DNA of 15,399 bases, taken from the NCBI GenBank assembly GCA_964247135.1, contig CAXTTL010000116.1, positions 1-15,399 of the forward strand, read 5' to 3'. Positions within the stretch are counted from its first letter, which is position 1. Every line of letters begins with the position of its first letter. The DNA is from an uncultured Deinococcales bacterium (GTDB taxonomy: Bacteria; Deinococcota; Deinococci; Deinococcales; JAAFIG01). Shown piece by piece: positions 8,464 to 15,399 of this stretch. The notes under the pieces are model-generated. The model did no database searches. It saw only the letters and a list, made by a program, of their open reading frames with translations, and was not told where the DNA came from. Both the position numbers and the translations under genes were made by a program.

Positions 8464-9134
8464 ACACGAAGATCATTCCCATTCCAACGAATACCGCCAA
8501 CTCGTATTTTTTGGTCGACGAACGGTTGGTCTTGGTGGATTCTGGCAGTCCTGGCAACGAAAAACGCATTCTGGAAACCCTAGAGCGGCATCAACTTCAA
8601 CTCAAAGACTTGAGTTTGATTCTGCTCACCCACGGACATTGGGATCATCTGGGCAGCGCCGAAGCCATTCGCGCCGTCAGTAAAGCACCAATAGCGCTAC
8701 ACCATGCCGACCTCGAGCTTGCCAAAGCGGGTCGTGCCAAACTCAAACCTTACGGCTTTGGTACAGCTTTACTCGAGCCTTACTTTAGTTCCAAACGATT
8801 CAATCCTTTGACACCAAACGTGATTTTACGCGGCAGCGAAACGCTCGAGGCTTACGGTGTGAACGCCAGATTGCTCGAGACGCCAGGGCACACCAACGGT
8901 TCGGTTTCGGTCTTGCTCGAGTCTGGCGATGCGATCATCGGCGATGTGTTGCGCGGCGATTTTGTCTTGGAAAACAGTCCAAACTGGCATTTTTTTTATG
9001 ATGATCTGAAAATGGTGCGCTCGAGTATCAAGAAATTGCTGAACTCAAAACCCGAGCGATTGTTCGTGGGTCACGGCAAGCCGTTCTCGTTTCAAAGTTT
9101 GCAAAACCGTTTTTCTGGCAAGGTCAACGCATGA
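8460..9134 (+). CDS. Metallo-beta-lactamase fold hydrolase
   Basis: LVDSG, THGHWDHLG, TPGHTNGS, GD and GHG motifs. ATGA overlap at 8460-8463. Confidence 0.92.
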   Translation: MNTKIIPIPTNTANSYFLVDERLVLVDSGSPGNEKRILETLERHQLQLKDLSLILLTHGHWDHLGSAEAIRAVSKAPIALHHADLELAKAGRAKLKPYGFGTALLEPYFSSKRFNPLTPNVILRGSETLEAYGVNARLLETPGHTNGSVSVLLESGDAIIGDVLRGDFVLENSPNWHFFYDDLKMVRSSIKKLLNSKPERLFVGHGKPFSFQSLQNRFSGKVNA

Positions 9135-9808
9135 AAGTTCCCGCACCACGCATTATTGTTGCCAGCGACCTGGAAGGCACGCTGACCACGGGCGAAACCT
9201 GGAAGGGCATTGCCAGATACCTCGAGCGCAACGGAAAATCTCGAGCCTACCGAAATTTTTTCAACGCCAGGTTCCCTGCTGCTTTGCTGGCAAGGGCTGG
9301 ATTGAATCGGCGAGAATTTCAAAACCGTTGGATCACCGATTTGCTGGGCTTGTTTGGTGGCACGTATTACGGCGAATTTCTGGCGGCGGCAGAGTGGGTG
9401 GTCGAGCACGAACTCTGGGACAACCGCCGCAAAAACGTGCTGGCGGTACTCGAGACCTGCAAATCTGAGGGCGCTAGGGTAATTCTGGCATCGGGAACGT
9501 ATCAGCCGGTGCTTGAGGTTTTTGCCAAACGGTGCAGCCCAAACTTGGGCGGTTTTGAGGTAATCGGCACCAAACTCGAGATGATTACGGGCAAACTGAC
9601 GGGCAAGATTTCTGGCGAGGTCAACGTCGGCAAGGTCAAAGCCGCGAGCTTGAAAGCCGCCATTTTATCAGAACCGCTCGAGGCAGCCTTTGGTGACACC
9701 ATGCCAGACCTTCCGATGCTCGAGATGGCACGAAACCCAGTGGTGATTCCGACCGAACCCAAACTCGAGCGACTGGCACTCAAACGCGGTTGGCAGATTA
9801 TTCGATAA
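9131..9808 (+). CDS. HAD-IB family hydrolase (phosphoserine phosphatase-like)
   Basis: Motif I SDLEGTLT, motif II ILASG, a conserved Lys, and motif IV AFGDTMPDLPML. Confidence 0.88.
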   Translation: MKVPAPRIIVASDLEGTLTTGETWKGIARYLERNGKSRAYRNFFNARFPAALLARAGLNRREFQNRWITDLLGLFGGTYYGEFLAAAEWVVEHELWDNRRKNVLAVLETCKSEGARVILASGTYQPVLEVFAKRCSPNLGGFEVIGTKLEMITGKLTGKISGEVNVGKVKAASLKAAILSEPLEAAFGDTMPDLPMLEMARNPVVIPTEPKLERLALKRGWQIIR

Positions 9809-9870
9809 GCCTTCACAAAAGCGTGACCTGACTGGGAATTGCAAGCTCGAGTCTCGCGTATACTGATGGC

Positions 9871-10512
9871 ATGAAAACGATTCTTGCCTTTTTCGTTGCT
9901 TTGATGTTTGTCGCGTGCAGCAGCGTAGACACTGAGAACTTGAAGAAAGAAAATAGCGATCTCAAGACCCAACTCGAGACGGTCACCAAAGAACGTGACG
10001 CCTTAAAAGTTCAGCTAGACGGCATCAAAGCCGTGCTCGAGAATGCGACAGGTGGCACGGGCACCACAACCCCCAACCCGAGCGCCACAACGCCAGCCGC
10101 GCCAGATTCGAGCATGGATTCAGGCAACTCGAGCGCTGGTTCAAGCACTCCTTCAACCACTCCTTCAACCACTACTGCACCCAGCAGTACCCCCTCGAGC
10201 GACGGCTCAAACGCAACGACACCAGATTCAAGTCCAGCGCCAACCACTCCAGATTCAAGCTCGAGTGCCAGCACCAAACCCAGTTCAGCCGTCGAAATGT
10301 ACGCCAAAGCGGTGCTCGAGACGGCGCAAAAGTACAATTCCGAAACCCAACAAACCCCGCCGACTGACTGCTCGAGCGGTTACACCGCTGGAACCCACGC
10401 CGTTCCCTCGAGCGACGCGGTGCAATCGTGCCGGGTGGATCGGCTGGACAATGGTTTCAAAATCACTTTAAAAGATGCCAACGGCGCCGTGACGACTTAC
10501 CCAACCCCATGA
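9871..10512 (+). CDS. Lipoprotein with coiled coil, Ser/Thr/Pro-rich stalk and C-terminal two-Cys domain
   Basis: Lipobox FVA-C (Cys16), heptad coiled coil, long S/T/P low-complexity linker and C-terminal globular domain. TATACT-N6-ATG upstream. Confidence 0.8.
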   Translation: MKTILAFFVALMFVACSSVDTENLKKENSDLKTQLETVTKERDALKVQLDGIKAVLENATGGTGTTTPNPSATTPAAPDSSMDSGNSSAGSSTPSTTPSTTTAPSSTPSSDGSNATTPDSSPAPTTPDSSSSASTKPSSAVEMYAKAVLETAQKYNSETQQTPPTDCSSGYTAGTHAVPSSDAVQSCRVDRLDNGFKITLKDANGAVTTYPTP

Positions 10513-11213
10513 ACCGCCAAATCATTGCGTTGGGTGGCGGTGGATTTTCGATGGAACCTGAAAATCCGTTTCTCGATCAGTACATTTTAAACGCCAGCAG
10601 CCTCGAGAGACCAAAAGTTTGTTTTGTACCGACCGCCAGCGGCGACAGCGCGGGTTATGTTGAGCGTTTTTACAGCGCCTTCAACAAACTCGAATGCGAA
10701 CCGAGCCATTTGACGCTGTTCAACCCTCACACTTGGACAGAAGCCCTCGAGCTTTTTTTAGAAAAACAGCACGTGCTGTATTTTGGGGGCGGCAACACCA
10801 AAAACGCCCTGGCATTGTGGCGCGAATGGAATCTCGAGCCTCTGCTGCGAAACGCCTACGAGCGTGGCGCGGTGCTGGCTGGACTTTCGGCGGGTGCAAT
10901 TTGCTGGTTTGAACAGGGCAGTACCGACAGCATCGGGCGCGAACTTGGGGTGCTCGAGTGCCTGGGCTGGTTGAAGGGTTCGATGACCCCACATTACGAC
11001 GGTGAGGCAAACCGTCGCCCAAAATTACATCAATTTTTACTCGAGCGAAAAATTCAAAATGGTTTTGCCGCCGATGACGGCGCGGCGCTTCACTTTGTGG
11101 ACGAAAAGCTCGAGCATGTCGTCGGTTCCAGACCGAACGCTCGAGCCTACAGCGTCAAACTCGAGGCTGGAAATGTGGTCGAAACACCGCTCGAGACACG
11201 GTATTTGGGTTGA
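10509..11213 (+). CDS. Peptidase E (family S51, class I GATase-like)
   Basis: IIALGGGGFS, FVPTASGD, GGGNT, GLSAGAICW and PHY motifs. ATGA overlap at 10509. Confidence 0.92.
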   Translation: MNRQIIALGGGGFSMEPENPFLDQYILNASSLERPKVCFVPTASGDSAGYVERFYSAFNKLECEPSHLTLFNPHTWTEALELFLEKQHVLYFGGGNTKNALALWREWNLEPLLRNAYERGAVLAGLSAGAICWFEQGSTDSIGRELGVLECLGWLKGSMTPHYDGEANRRPKLHQFLLERKIQNGFAADDGAALHFVDEKLEHVVGSRPNARAYSVKLEAGNVVETPLETRYLG

Positions 11214-11332
11214 AGATACGGGTCAGGCTCGAGTTCGCGTCTCAAAGTGGTCAAGCAAAAAACCTCAAGCAGCGTTCAGGGCTGTGGACAAAGCCTACCC
11301 ACCTTCCTGCTGGATTGATTTTACCCGACGAA

Positions 11333-11902
11333 TCACCAACGCTCGAGGAAGCCTACGGTTCTTTCCAGAATCAAGGCTGTCGCAGCGGCATCGTATTCAC
11401 TGAGGCTGGAGTCGGCAATCAAGTGACCGGTCCCAGGGTAGAGGTACAGCTCGCCGCCCGGAACGGTATCTGCCAAATCCTGCGTGACTTCGATATCCTC
11501 TTCGCTCCACGGGTCATTTTGCGTGAAGTGCATTTGCAACGCGACATTGGATGACCATGAGGGTGAAAATTCGGAAACTGGCACAACCCCATGATACAGG
11601 ATGGCTCCAAGCGCCCCAGATCGCGTCTGGGCGAGTTTTTGTGCCGGAACCGCCCCGAGCGAAAAGCCCGCGTAGACGATGTTTGATGGCAGGTTAGCCG
11701 CTGCCGCTTCGCCTCGAGCCGTGATCTCGCCGAAACCGATGGATTTGGCATGAGCGACACCTGCTTCAATGGATGTAAACGTGGCTCCCTCAAAAAGGTC
11801 GGGGACGGTCACGCGATGTCCGGCGCGGCGAATTTCGTCGGCAAAGGCAAGAACACCGTCGGTCAACCCTTGGGCGTGGTGAAACAGGATCAGTTCGGTC
11901 AT
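11333..11902 (-). CDS. Dienelactone hydrolase family alpha/beta hydrolase (Ser nucleophile)
   Basis: LFHHAQGLT, PDLFEG, GFSLG, DPW and YPGTGHLIAD motifs. GGAG upstream on the minus strand. Confidence 0.88.
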   Translation of the reverse strand: MTELILFHHAQGLTDGVLAFADEIRRAGHRVTVPDLFEGATFTSIEAGVAHAKSIGFGEITARGEAAAANLPSNIVYAGFSLGAVPAQKLAQTRSGALGAILYHGVVPVSEFSPSWSSNVALQMHFTQNDPWSEEDIEVTQDLADTVPGGELYLYPGTGHLIADSSLSEYDAAATALILERTVGFLERW

Positions 11903-12142
11903 GGTCAGTTCTCCATTGCTGAGTGGGTAGGCAGCCGCACCCTAGGGTTGGTTCAATCGACAGTTTAAATCTGTTCCTGCAAGAATTCAACAGTTCATTT
12001 TAGGTTAAAACCCATCAACCAAATTCAATCCTCGTCTCGAGCCGTCACCTTCTCTCGAGCACGTTCACGATCTTCCATCACCTGGTTCGCCTCCGACATC
12101 GGCGGCTCGAGTTCGGGAGAATCAAAAGGTCTGAATTCTGGC

Positions 12143-12511
12143 TCAATCGATATGGTGCGCCAACACTTTTTCGTAATAATCAATCTTGTACTCAACGTGC
12201 TCGAGGTTGTGTTGTAAAGACTTTAAGTGCTCGATCACCTCGAGACGGTGGGCTTTGAGAATTTCGATGCGCTTGGGAATGTTGCTCGAGTCTTGTTGCA
12301 CCAACCTGGCAAATTCGCGCATGGTTCGGATTGGCATCCCCGTTTCTCGCAGGCAGGTTAAAATGCCAATCCATTCCAGGTCGCCCTCCGAGTAGCGCCG
12401 ATGCCCATTTTGGCTGCGTTCAACCTGCAACAAGCCCTCGCGTTCGTAGTAATGCAGGGTGTGAATACTGATTCCGGCTTGGCTGGCGGCGTCGCTGATC
12501 GAGTGGGTCAT
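12143..12511 (-). CDS. MerR family transcriptional regulator (AdhR-like)
   Basis: TLHYYEREGLL, NGHRRYSE, CLRETGMPI and KIDYY motifs. Confidence 0.93.
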   Translation of the reverse strand: MTHSISDAASQAGISIHTLHYYEREGLLQVERSQNGHRRYSEGDLEWIGILTCLRETGMPIRTMREFARLVQQDSSNIPKRIEILKAHRLEVIEHLKSLQHNLEHVEYKIDYYEKVLAHHID

Positions 12512-12517
12512 GTACCC

Positions 12518-12583
12518 AGTTTAAAACCTCGAGTGTGCTTTAGGTCTAGCGCTTGACCTCGAGTGCGCTAAAGGTATTAGGCT
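12518..12583. promoter_or_regulatory. Back-to-back MerR-type promoters with 19-bp spacers and two operator dyads
   Basis: Plus strand: TTGACC (12553-12558), N19, TAGGCT (12578-12583), N7, ATG. Minus strand: TAGACC (12548-12543), N19, TAAACT (12523-12518), N6, ATG. Dyads are ACCTCGAGTGTGCTTTAGGT (12526-12545) and ACCTCGAGTGCGCTAAAGGT (12556-12575). Confidence 0.8.
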
Positions 12584-12590
12584 CCGGTTC

Positions 12591-13568
12591 ATGAAAAGGA
12601 ATCTTGGTCGGAGCAACATCGGCATCAGCGCCATCGGGATGGGCTGCTGGGCTATCGGCGGCGAGTGGAATTTTGATACCCAAGCCGCCGGTTGGGGACC
12701 GGTCAACGACCTCGAGTCCATCGCCGCGATTCATGCGGCAGTTGAATTGGGAGTCACCTTTTTCGATACCGCCGCAAACTACGGCGCTGGACACAGCGAA
12801 GTCATTCTGGGAAAAGCACTTGAGGCAAACCGCGCCAAGGTTGTCATCGCCACAAAATTTGGTTACGGCGTCGATGAAGCCAAAAAAGTCGTTAGCGGTG
12901 TCTATTGCAGCCCTAAGGATATTCGATCATCGTGTACCGCCAGCCTGAGGCGTTTGCAAACCGATTACATTGATCTGTTTCAGTTGCATGTTGGCAATTA
13001 CCCCATCACCGATGCGCATGAAGTCCGCGACACCCTCGAGCGACTGGTTCAAGAAGGTTTGATCCGATCTTACGGTTGGAGTACCGACGACACCGCCCGA
13101 GCCGAAGTGTTTGCCAGCGGCACAAACTGTGTGGCGATTCAGCATCAAGAAAATATTTTTGAAGACAACGGCGCCATGCTCGAATTGATGGAACGCCATC
13201 AGCTCTCGAGCATCAACCGAGGTCCGCTCGGCATGGGCATTTTGACGGGTAAATTTTCGCAGGGCGCGAGCTTTGAGGACAGCGATGTGCGTCATGTTTC
13301 GCCCGAATGGATGGCGTACTTCAAAAATGGTCAACCCAACGCCGACTGGCTCGCCAAACTCGAGGGTATCCGCGAAATTCTGTGTGCCGGTGGACGCACC
13401 CTGGCGCAGGGGGCTTTGGCGTGGTTGCTGGCTCGGAGCGATCAAACCATTCCAATTCCAGGTTTTAGAACCGTCAAACAGGTTCAAGAAAATGCGGCTG
13501 TGCTCGAGCAGGGTGCGTTAAACCAGTCGCAAATGCAAGAAATTGCGGTGTTGTTACAAGACAAATAG
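12591..13568 (+). CDS. Aldo/keto reductase
   Basis: IGMGCWAIGG, FFDTAANYGAGHSE, IATKFG, SLRRLQTDYIDLFQLH and IPIPGF motifs. Confidence 0.95.
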   Translation: MKRNLGRSNIGISAIGMGCWAIGGEWNFDTQAAGWGPVNDLESIAAIHAAVELGVTFFDTAANYGAGHSEVILGKALEANRAKVVIATKFGYGVDEAKKVVSGVYCSPKDIRSSCTASLRRLQTDYIDLFQLHVGNYPITDAHEVRDTLERLVQEGLIRSYGWSTDDTARAEVFASGTNCVAIQHQENIFEDNGAMLELMERHQLSSINRGPLGMGILTGKFSQGASFEDSDVRHVSPEWMAYFKNGQPNADWLAKLEGIREILCAGGRTLAQGALAWLLARSDQTIPIPGFRTVKQVQENAAVLEQGALNQSQMQEIAVLLQDK

Positions 13569-13669
13569 CCGATCACAAATTTCAGGGTGCGAGTGATCTC
13601 GAGAGTAAGCCTTGATCGAGAAGGTCAAACTCCGACCCTCGGGATTCGCTCGCCCGTTATACTCTGCTG

Positions 13670-15148
13670 ATGCTCGCCAAAGGATTTGCCGCCACCATCA
13701 TCGGAGTCAACGCCACCATCGTCGAGGTCGAGGTGGACGTGTCGGCAGGAATGCCCATGTTCATGGTCGTCGGATTGGCAGACACCGCCGTTCAGGAAGC
13801 CAGGGAACGCATTCGCGCCGCCATCAAAAATTCTGGTTTGCCGTTTCCTTCAGGCTCGAGGATCACCGCCAACCTCGCACCCGCCGACGTGCGCAAGGAA
13901 GGCTCGAGTTTTGATTTGCCGATGGCGCTCGGGATTCTGGCAACCCAGGGTGAAGTGCCGCTCGAGGTTTTAGACAAAATGCTCTGCGCCGGAGAACTGG
14001 CGCTGGACGGCACGATTCGTCCGATCAATGGCGCGATCAACATTGCCCTCGCCGCCGCGCAAAACGGTTACAAAGCCGTGATGCTGCCGATTGACAATGC
14101 CACCGAAGCCGCCGTGATCGAAGGCATCGAAGTTTTCTGCCCGAGCAACCTCAAACAAGCCGTGCGCCATTTGAACGGACAAGAGAAACTCGAGCCAAGC
14201 AAACCTGTGGTGCTCGAGCCTGACCCCGATACGCTGCTCGATTTGGCGGACATCAAAGGGCAGATGCAGGGCAAACGGGCGCTCGAGATCAGCATTGCGG
14301 GGCATCATAATTTGCTTTTGATTGGACCGCCTGGGTCGGGCAAAACCATGCTCGCGCGGCGTGCCGTGGGACTTTTACCGTTGCTGTCTGACCGTGAGGC
14401 ATTGGACGTGACCCGCATTCACTCGAGCGCCGGAAGACAACCCAAAGGACTGGTTCGAGTCGCGCCATTTCGTGCCCCTCACGCCACAATCTCGGATGCT
14501 GGACTGATTGGCGGGGGATCAATTCCCAAACCTGGCGAGGTCAGTTTGGCGCATCACGGAATTTTATTTCTGGATGAATTTCCAGAATTCTCGAGGGACG
14601 CGCTCGAGGCTTTGCGCCAGCCACTCGAAGACCGCGAAGTAACCATTTCTCGCGCTCGAGCCAGCGTGACCTTTCCCGCAGGTTTTCAACTGATCGCCGC
14701 CATGAATCCAAGCCCCAGCGGCGAATGGATGGACGCCTCGAACCCCGCGCAACGGCGCTACCTGGCAAAACTTTCAGGACCCCTGCTTGACCGCATCGAC
14801 CTGGTGGTGAACGTGCAAAAGCTTTCGCCCGACGAACTGACCCGAGCGCCCGAAGGTGAAAGCACCCAAGAAGTACGAACCCGTGTTTTAAAGGCTCGAG
14901 CCACCATGCAAGCCCGTCAAGGCACCGCCAACGCGCATTTGATCGGCAAGGCTTTAAGGCAACACGCCAAACTCGAGCTTGGACCTGAAAACTTCATGCG
15001 AGCCGCCGCCAAACAACTCAACCTTTCAGGACGGGGTTTTGACCGTGTGCTTCGCGTGGCAAGAACCATCGCAGACTTGGCTGGTGTTGAACAAATCCTC
15101 GAGACGCACATTGCCGAAGCCGTCAGTTACCGTCAACGCGATTGGTGA
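13670..15148 (+). CDS. comM: YifB/ComM family Mg-chelatase-like AAA+ ATPase
   Basis: [38 protein letters not shown], Walker [27 protein letters not shown] and ARTIADL motifs. TATACT-N6-ATG upstream. Confidence 0.93.
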   Translation: MLAKGFAATIIGVNATIVEVEVDVSAGMPMFMVVGLADTAVQEARERIRAAIKNSGLPFPSGSRITANLAPADVRKEGSSFDLPMALGILATQGEVPLEVLDKMLCAGELALDGTIRPINGAINIALAAAQNGYKAVMLPIDNATEAAVIEGIEVFCPSNLKQAVRHLNGQEKLEPSKPVVLEPDPDTLLDLADIKGQMQGKRALEISIAGHHNLLLIGPPGSGKTMLARRAVGLLPLLSDREALDVTRIHSSAGRQPKGLVRVAPFRAPHATISDAGLIGGGSIPKPGEVSLAHHGILFLDEFPEFSRDALEALRQPLEDREVTISRARASVTFPAGFQLIAAMNPSPSGEWMDASNPAQRRYLAKLSGPLLDRIDLVVNVQKLSPDELTRAPEGESTQEVRTRVLKARATMQARQGTANAHLIGKALRQHAKLELGPENFMRAAAKQLNLSGRGFDRVLRVARTIADLAGVEQILETHIAEAVSYRQRDW

Positions 15149-15252
15149 TGTGTTCAACCTCGAGTTTAATGGGCAAACAGATACAGCTTTCAACCAAAAT
15201 AAAACTGTGCCTCGAGCCAAGCACAATGCTCGAGACACCCTGGTTTGAGGTG

Positions 15253-15281
15253 TTGCACTTTCAATATTTTCGTGTTACATT
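15253..15281 (+). promoter_or_regulatory. Putative tRNA promoter
   Basis: TTGCAC (15253-15258), 17-bp spacer, TACATT (15276-15281), with an extended TG at 15273-15274. Confidence 0.6.
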
Positions 15282-15308
15282 TCTCGAGCAGATTCGTGCG
15301 TACCGTAT

Positions 15309-15383
15309 TCGGAAGTAGCTCAGCGGTAGAGCGTTCGACTGTTAATCGAATGGTCGTAGGTTCGATCCCCACCTTCCGAGCCA
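15309..15383 (+). tRNA. tRNA-Asn (GTT)
   Basis: Acceptor stem TCGGAAG/CTTCCGA, D-arm GCTC-AGCGGTA-GAGC, anticodon arm TTCGA-CTGTTAA-TCGAA, T-loop TTCGATC, discriminator G and encoded CCA. Confidence 0.97.
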
Positions 15384-15399
15384 AACAACAACCCCGTGA

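Larger units (their letters stand above)
276..15288. repeat. Dispersed, highly iterated palindrome CTCGAG (about 133 copies)
   Basis: Hand count of about 133 exact copies (first at 276, last at 15283), roughly one per 115 bp, against about 4 expected for a 6-mer at near-even base composition. Confidence 0.95.

Noticed and set aside
11210-11554. 114-aa plus-strand ORF overlapping the peptidase E stop (TTG start)
   Set aside because: It is mostly antisense to the dienelactone hydrolase gene and has no recognisable protein features.
12025-12099. Minus-strand 24-aa ORF MSEANQVMEDRERAREKVTARDED downstream of merR
   Set aside because: Too short, with no SD or -10 at a suitable distance and no recognisable homology. 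It could be a gene remnant but that cannot be supported.
15149-15290. Four CTCGAG copies between comM and the tRNA as a possible CRISPR, REP or iteron array
   Set aside because: Spacing is irregular and similarity does not extend beyond the 6-mer.
15384-15399. Possible integration site at the tRNA 3' end
   Set aside because: Only 16 bp of downstream sequence is available, and I saw no integrase or duplicated tRNA end in the window.

Overview
A gene-dense chromosomal segment, most likely from a Deinococcus-Thermus (Deinococcota) bacterium. That assignment is inferred from the LysW-type lysZ and the many TANNNT-N5-7-start leaderless genes. In order, it contains a partial SDR (2,4-dienoyl-CoA reductase-like), a small RHH/antitoxin-like ORF coupled to lysZ, a GNAT, DegV, a short DinB-like protein, a membrane-anchored exported protein and a DUF4127-like protein. 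Next come a TetR-led operon (frameshifted SnoaL-like, PaaI, GNAT, MenI-like hotdog, MBL, HAD), a lipoprotein, peptidase E, a dienelactone-hydrolase-family gene, a divergent MerR/aldo-keto reductase pair, comM/yifB and tRNA-Asn(GTT). The dominant signal is not a gene: the palindrome CTCGAG occurs about 133 times by hand count, against about 4 expected. It falls in all three codon phases, in intergenic DNA and inside promoters and operators, like a HIP1-type highly iterated palindrome. Other points are a perfect 17-bp tandem duplication that frameshifts the SnoaL-like gene, twin MerR boxes in back-to-back 19-bp-spacer promoters, a second internal TetR box, and a lipoprotein with a possible pilin-like head.
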